Source: Tubiluchus corallicola
Lineage: Eukaryota; Animalia; Priapulida
Direction: 5' to 3'
NCBI GenBank assembly: GCA_030141605.1
Contig: JAQGDQ010000353.1
Location: forward strand, 1 to 64,000
DNA: 64,000 nucleotides
Part shown: piece after piece, positions 56,777-64,000 of the stretch
Numbering within the stretch: the first letter of the stretch is position 1
Layout: each line of letters starts with the position of its first letter
The notes under the pieces: model-generated
The model's database searches: none
Told to the model about the DNA's origin: nothing
The model's input: only the letters and a program-made list of their open reading frames with translations
Position numbers and translations under genes: made by a program

Positions 56777-57405
56777 GTGCGTCGTGCGGCGTTTCGCAGT
56801 GGTTGTTATGTTTCACATCCGGTTTTACCTCCGGTCGATTGTAATCTTATTTCTAATCAGTCGCGTTAACTAAAATCGAGCTCATAAAATGGTCCTAAAC
56901 TCCTAAAGGTTGGTTAGATACATCAACGATCGATTTAAAACTTGGGAAATCTGTGTTACGCTTTTTTGCTCTTATCTCGTATCCTTAAAGTGAGTAGGGA
57001 ATTTTAAGTTATGTCCCTAAAAACTTTCCAAGCAAAGTTATAAATGCATAAGCATTTCGCTTACCCATTTGAAAGACTTGTATAACGAGAAACGAAAATG
57101 CTGAACAATTTAAAATGTTCCCGCTGATTGGTGAAAAGTTCTTAACTCACCTTCCCAGTGTGCACTACTGACTCACTAAAAACCTATTTTTAATCTTATT
57201 GACAAGATACAGTAATTTTGCAATTTACTTGGTTAGTAACGTGTGTGCTATTCGTGTACTAACGTGTTCTGACTATTTTTCCAAACTTTACGCAATGTTA
57301 TCTAAACTTGTTTCAAATATATCCATACTTTTTATCGGACTTGAAAATGTGGTAATATATGAAAAATTATCCAGTCTTTCTATAAAGGTCTTACTCTAGT
57401 TTTCT

Positions 57406-57959
57406 TTAAAGGAAGACCGGTCGATTGTATATACTCAATCTCATTTGATTTTACTGTCCCAAATATACATTTTTGCCTATAAAAGTTAGCAATTGTTTCT
57501 TATATTTGAATAATTAGCTTAGAAAGTTAATTAACGACAGCTGAACACAGCTATTGCTTACGTCAGAAACTAACCGCAGTTTGTGCAATGGCAGGCATCT
57601 TCCATTGTGCGTCAAGCACGTCTGCGTAAGTGTTACAGTACTGTTTAAACGCATGATCTCACGAAGAATGGGCTTGACATCATATGACGTCAGAAACTAA
57701 CACAGCAGTTCATGATCATGCTTATCACGGTACCGCCTTCTATTTGTCGGGCACGCGAACGTGACAAAAAGGCGCCGCTGCCAATCTTAGTAGATTCACT
57801 GAGCCGCGCGTAGCTTTGAAAGTTTAACGAAATTTGAGTATCCGAGATAATTATTATTTAATCTAAGCTTTGATATAAAGAAAGCTATTGTAGTTTTCAA
57901 TATTTTAGAGCATTCTTTATTCTGAACTCATGTTACACATTCATCCGGTTTTCCTTTAA
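57406..57959 (-). mobile_element. Kolobok-type MITE K2, full length
   Basis: Reverse complement of 29828-30382; TTAA on both sides. Confidence 0.88.
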
Positions 57960-58261
57960 GTAACGTGTCTATTTTGTAGTGGAGCCCTCTTTGGTATTGT
58001 TTTCTTCAAACTCTTTTTATGTGCTGTGTGGATTGTTCACAGCCAAGCAAATTATGCATCTCATGCCAGTTTGTCTGTAACCTATTTAATTAAGCATACA
58101 TCCTCGAGGCAAGAAAATAGCACTAATTACGTAAACATCGATTTTGTGCTGCTAGAATAAGATTATTGTCTGCAAAACAACTTGAGCGAAAAATAATTAT
58201 TTTACTTCAATACACTTTACAGTGAGTTTCGACTCTCTTTTTCTTTCCTACTGTCTTGCTC

Positions 58262-58354
<93 letters not shown>

Positions 58355-58561
58355 TCTCTCTCTCTCTCTCCCTCTCTCAGTCTTTCTGTCTGTCTCTCTC
58401 TCTTTCTCCCCGTTTGTATGTTCTTTCTCTTTTTCTTTCTTGGTTTTTCTCTCTGTCTCTCTCTCACTCTGTCTCACTCTCTTTCTCCCCGTTTGTATGT
58501 TCTTTCTCTTTTTCTTTCTTGGTTTTTCTCTTTGTCTCTCTCTCTGTGTGTCTCTCTCTCT

Positions 58562-58592
<31 letters not shown>

Positions 58593-58655
58593 TCTCTCTC
58601 TCTCCCCCGTTCTCTCTCTCTTTCCTTCTCTCTCTCTCTCACTCTGTCTCTCTCA
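58262..58655. repeat. (CT)n microsatellite with internal duplication
   Basis: Direct inspection. Confidence 0.97.
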
Positions 58656-61607
58656 GTCTGCCTTTCTCCCCTTCTGCGGGTTCTCTCTCGTCTTCTCTTT
58701 TCCTTCACAAATTCTCTCTCTCTTTCATTTTTCTTTTTGTTTTCCAGATCGCATTCTCGGAGTCTCTTCTTCGCCTTCCCTTTTTGTTTATTCTTTTCGT
58801 TTTGGCTTGCTGAACATCACTTTCCCTTTTTCTTCCCTTCCTGCTGCTCCGCCAGTTGTTGTTGTGACATTTACAGCAAAAATAATTGTCCTGTGAAGAG
58901 GTTCAGGAAGTATTTTGAGTGTGTATAGAATGTGCACTTTGTTCGCTAATAAGTTTTAAAACTTCTCAAGATTTAAAAACACATTCGCTCCGTAATTAAG
59001 TGGCCATAAATGAATTACTGTCCATGCTGCATTTAATTTCCCAGCTTTAGGAAATTTTCTCCATGTTGAACTAACTATGAATTTTATTAACCCTTCAATG
59101 TATTAACCCTTTAACGTCATCTCAAGACATTATTCATTGAACGTAGCTAGGGATGCACATACCGATTTTTTGGTTTTTTGTCAACAACAGACTTGATAAG
59201 TTCACCATAAAATTTAATGTAACCATTTCAAGATTTTCTGCTTTTTTTCCTCAAAATATAAGAAACCTTGCCATGATAATAATCATTAACTTACGTTTCG
59301 TTTCAAGCAAAAAATAAATTCGTTGGTTGATGGCAGCGCAATTTTTTCCTGTGCTTTTTTAAATTTTGAGTCAGTTGAACTTCATCGAATACACTGTGAA
59401 CTGACAATTTGTTAATTAATACTACGCGGAGACAGTGCTAGCGCTATAGACAATGAAGTCTGTTTAGCAAAGCGCCTTTATCTAATGTAACCAGGAGTCA
59501 CAACTTGAAGTTACAAGCCATTCCAGAGTAGCAAACTTTTAAAAACCGTTCAAAAAATGTAAATCTTAATAATCATTTATCTTTTAACAGGCATTTGTAA
59601 GTAACCTTGGCTCTTTGTGCTTTAAACCAAAATCTTTTAAAGCAAAACCGGAAAAATCTTCCTTTAACAAGCAGTTTATTGTGTGCTGTATATACGATTT
59701 ATTCTGCTTTCATATTTCTTGTAAATGTTTCTAATATTCTTTCAATAAAGGTTAAAATAAATTGAAATAAATTAAATATATGTATATATGTATATATATA
59801 TATGCACTTCAATTAATGTCTGCCATATTCCAACAAAATATTGTAGCGTTTAATACGTCATTTCTATTGAAAAAAAATAAAAAAGGCTATTTTACAAATT
59901 TGCATTAAATTCTGTAGTTCTAGACTTTACTAAACACAAACATTAAGTAAACCTAATTTGGTAATTTTACTAATTTATACTATGTAATACGTTCTATCAA
60001 ATTATAAGATTGTCATTAATTAAACTAAAATGTTCAAGGTGATCAGTTCAATCAAATTAATATAAAATGATATATTTACTTACATCGTACGTCTCCATAA
60101 AGCAAATCTAGTATTTACCAATATATCTGACAAATTATCACTAATTTCACACTATCATACTGTGAAAAACTACTTTTAAAGAAGCCTGTTAACGTCTGCC
60201 AACTAACTCACCTGCCCAGGTAGAAACAGATCTGCACAGGTGAGTGATCGTGGTCACGTGACCAACGAGATACTTAGCGAAATTCCCTACAATATATATA
60301 TATATAGATAGATAGATAAATAATGTTGGATAGTAACTTCAAGCTAAAATCAAGCATTTCTTAAGGGAAAAAGGACAGTTTGTTGTCCAATAAGTTATTT
60401 TGATATATGTCTCTTTTTTACTTGTTACAATTGCTAAAGGCTTCTTACTTTTAAATATTAAAAATGCTTAGAAATTTGAGGGACAGTTAGCGATGACGTC
60501 ACCGTTAAATGAAATATTCCAGCAGCTGGGAATTTTCCCTGTGTTTGCAAAAACAAAGGCTGTCTGAAGTAGACATCAAAAGAAGAACAATATTGCTTCT
60601 AACGGCATTCTCAAAACTTAGAAACGTCTTCAATAACAAAAATACTGCATAACTGTAAACGTGGCATCTTTAACACTTTCGTATCATCAAATAGAGTTCA
60701 GAACGGTGGAGCTTGAAAGTAAATTATCAAATGGGAGATTGATGTCTTCCAAAGAATATGTGCAAATCATTACTGAAGATAAAACAGCTCAAGTGTTTAC
60801 TGACTATGGACAAAAGTGAAGAATGAATTTACTTAACACGCTTTTAGCTCGTTCAGTTCAAATAAGTTTGTTGTCCTGTTTACTAAACAGCTCTATCTCT
60901 GTTTAATTGGTCATCGGTCTTGGTACTTCGGGGGGGGGGGGGGCTATGAAAATTTAGGGCGTAACACTATATCTTTATTAGCCTAATGGTTAATCCGCCC
61001 TGATTATGACCATACTCAGGTTCTGAAGTTGCGTTTTGTTTTTATTTACGCTGTGTTTGTCTTGGAAATCCTATTTCTAGTGCTTAATGCAGCAATAGTG
61101 TAAAATAGAAACGCTTTCTTCCAGTTCAGAAGTGCAGCAGAATTGTTGTCAGATCGAAGGTTTTTCAGAATAAGTTTGCGCTGGTCTGCATAGCGTAATC
61201 GAATCACCATAATCTTGTAAAGTCGGTGTGTAATCGTATACTGCAGAAGTCGAGAATTCTCTAATATTGTTACTGAACGCAACTTTAAATAAACACTACG
61301 TGCTCTGCGAGGTTTCTAAACTCCAAACTAATGTCAATTCTCATTGCTAAAAATTGTTATCTCTGAAAGAGTTTTTGTAGAAAGAAAGAGAGTTCTTTTT
61401 CATCATTTATGAAATATAGAAATGAATATTTCGCCAGGTCTGTGTTATTGTGACATAATGCAGTTTTAATTTTTGGCCTAGCTTCCACAGCATGGCAACC
61501 CTTACGGCTGGGCCAAATCTAGGTTAACAGACTAGCATTATTGGTGCTCATTTTACCGCGATACAAAAACTAAATTTCTTCTAGGAATCTCGAAACCGTC
61601 AAACATA

Positions 61608-62067
61608 TTAAAGGACAAGAAAAGGCCTAGTTAAAGCAAGTCTCCGAAAATTATCGCTAAAGAATTATAAAGGTTAGAGCTAATCTTAAGCGCTTATCAT
61701 AATAACGTTAAAAGAATTTCCTGTTTGTTTTCATTTTAAATACTCCCGCGAGACTGTCACAGCAGTTAGGTGGCGTCACAGAACCACAACACAAATCTTT
61801 ATAGTACACGTGCTCAGAACTCACTGCGTCTGTGTTCAAGTGATGTCATACCACGTGATCACATGTTGGATTTTCAATTGACGGACTAAATGAAACACGT
61901 CTGCGCATGCGCCAAAGTTTATTGCAGCTGTTGAAATATGTTACAAAAATTGGAGTAAATGCGAAAACGTGAGTACTTTATTCGCTTAAGATTATACTTA
62001 GGTGATATAATTTTTTATTGAGAATTTTCTGAGGCTTACTTTTGTTGGCCATTTTCTTGTCCTTTAA
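61608..62067 (+). mobile_element. Kolobok-type MITE K4
   Basis: TTAA-AGGACAAGAAAAGGCC / GGCCATTTTCTTGTCCT-TTAA. Confidence 0.88.
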
Positions 62068-62607
62068 ACCTTTCTTGTTTATAAACCTCACTGAACTAAA
62101 TGTTACGGTTGACTAGATTTTCACGTATCTTTAGGTGCTGCTGCTGCTGCTTCAGGCGTTTAATTAGTGTTTTCTGAATCAAGTGTTGCGGAACATCATC
62201 CGAATGTTTCTTCTTCTTCTTCTAACTGCGTGTCGGCGCAGCTCATTGAAGGTGACTCTTCTAAGCGAATGAGTTTTAAGCAAATTATAAAAGATTGAGA
62301 GTGTCGAAGCCGGACTCGGGAATATAATACGAGAGATAAGGGAATTTCTAATTTCATATCATTGCAAACCCGCTTTAATCGGTTGTGTTTTTCCCTTTGT
62401 TTGACCTTAACTATGCAGGATGTTCTGTCAAAGCTTGTTTTTCGGCTTTTGGAGAAAATAAATATTTGCAGACGGTGGGTTATTAATAATATATTGAAGG
62501 GCTTTCAAAAATACATTGAATTTCATAAACTGCAGAAAATATACTGAGGAATAGATGAGTTCCTTAATAGCGAGACGGAGCTGCCACGTCATTCACAGTC
62601 AAGACGA

Positions 62608-62644
<37 letters not shown>

Positions 62645-62847
62645 ACGATGATGATCAGGGCCGCCCGGATTATGCTAAGTAAGGAACTTACGGGACCCCC
62701 TCACATGGAGCCACCCTCTAATTTGCTCGCATTCGTCTCGAATATTTTGACTTATGATACATTTTAGCAACATTTGCATTAGCTGGGCGCCCCATATTTC
62801 AAATAAAAGGCTTTGAAGAGGTCCTTATCTCGAATAAAGGACCTCAA

Positions 62848-62982
<135 letters not shown>

Positions 62983-63472
62983 AACTTTATTTATTTTAAG
63001 TGGATTGTCATACAGTAATATTACTAATCAGAGTTAATCCACTGTGCAACAAATACATTTTAGCTGAGAACAGATATATACAACAGGTTATCAGGAAACA
63101 TATGTACATAGTTAGTTCAAAAACACAAGTAATTCATTAGTTAACGCTTAAAATTGGAATATACAAAGCTCACAAAGTACAGAAGCGATACCAGAAACAG
63201 TTATCAATGTACATCTTCGTATTAGTTATACAAAAGTATGATCGCTCAATAACTGGTGTTTAATTCAAAAGTCCAAAATTCAAAATAATTCGTGTTAAAA
63301 TTGAATATTTACCGAGAATAAGAGAGCTGATCCAATAATAGTGTTCTGTGTATGTCATGGTTAAACGAACCTCTTTGTCTCAAACAGGGATCCTTTATCT
63401 CGAACGAGAAGGCAGTTTAAAATTGGATTTTAAGACTCCTTGGCTTCCTTTTTAAAGTCAGCAATGCAACCC

Positions 63473-63895
63473 AAGCTTGAGAGGCCCTAAACTGTAGCCT
63501 ATGCTAGCCTATAGGATAATCCAGTGCTGTCATCAAAGCTCGAGAGGCCCTAAACTGTAGCCTATGCTAGCCTATAGGGTAATCCAGTGCTGTCATCAAA
63601 GCTTGAGAGGCCCTAAACTGTAGCCTATGCTAGCCTATAGGGTAATCCAGTGCTGTCATCAAAGCTCGAGAGGCCCTAAACTGTAGCCTATGCTAGCCTA
63701 TAGGGTAATCCAGTGCTGTCATCAAAGCTCGAGAGGCCCTAAACTGTAGCCTATGCTAGCCTATAGGGTAATCCAGTGCTGTCATCAAGGCTCGAGAGGC
63801 CCTAAACTGTAGCCTATGCTAGCCTATAGGGTAATCCAGTGCTGTCATCAAAGCTCGAGAGTCCCTAAACTGTAGCCTATACTAGCCTATAGGTT
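63473..63895. repeat. 63-bp tandem array, ~6.7 units
   Basis: GAGGCCCTAAACTGTAGCC recurs at 63481, 63544, 63607 and onward. Confidence 0.97.
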
Positions 63896-64000
63896 ACTTT
63901 CTACACTTATCAACTGGATCTTTGAACAAACATCGCACAGGAAATTCAACCGGATGTGCTTTGCCGCCATTACAAAATGGCTTCCAGTGATGAGCTTCAT

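Noticed and set aside
60206-60246. ACTCACCTG...CAGGTGAGT hairpin
   Set aside because: Only a 9-bp stem, single occurrence, no supporting context

Overview
AT-rich eukaryotic (most likely invertebrate animal) genomic DNA with one assembly gap (47320-47876). No intact protein-coding gene, RNA gene or CRISPR array is supported; almost all long ORFs in the track are translations of microsatellites or tandem arrays. The window is dominated by non-autonomous DNA transposons: at least five TTAA-AGG (Kolobok-type) MITE families, hAT-type MITEs with 8-bp TSDs (one nested), Tc1/mariner-type and piggyBac-type MITEs, and a 1.5-kb foldback. It also holds decayed LINE fragments, a 440-bp SINE-like retroposon in two inverted copies, and an internally deleted LTR element with a tRNA-Leu PBS. 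The recurring theme is minisatellite birth from transposon parts: arrays arose from a reverse-transcriptase motif, from a hAT insertion junction, from one arm of a foldback, and from different internal segments of sister MITE copies. A candidate signal-peptide exon (19019-19112, +) suggests the region may lie in long introns of a gene for a secreted protein. Family assignments rest on termini/TSD rules and recalled motifs, not on database searches.
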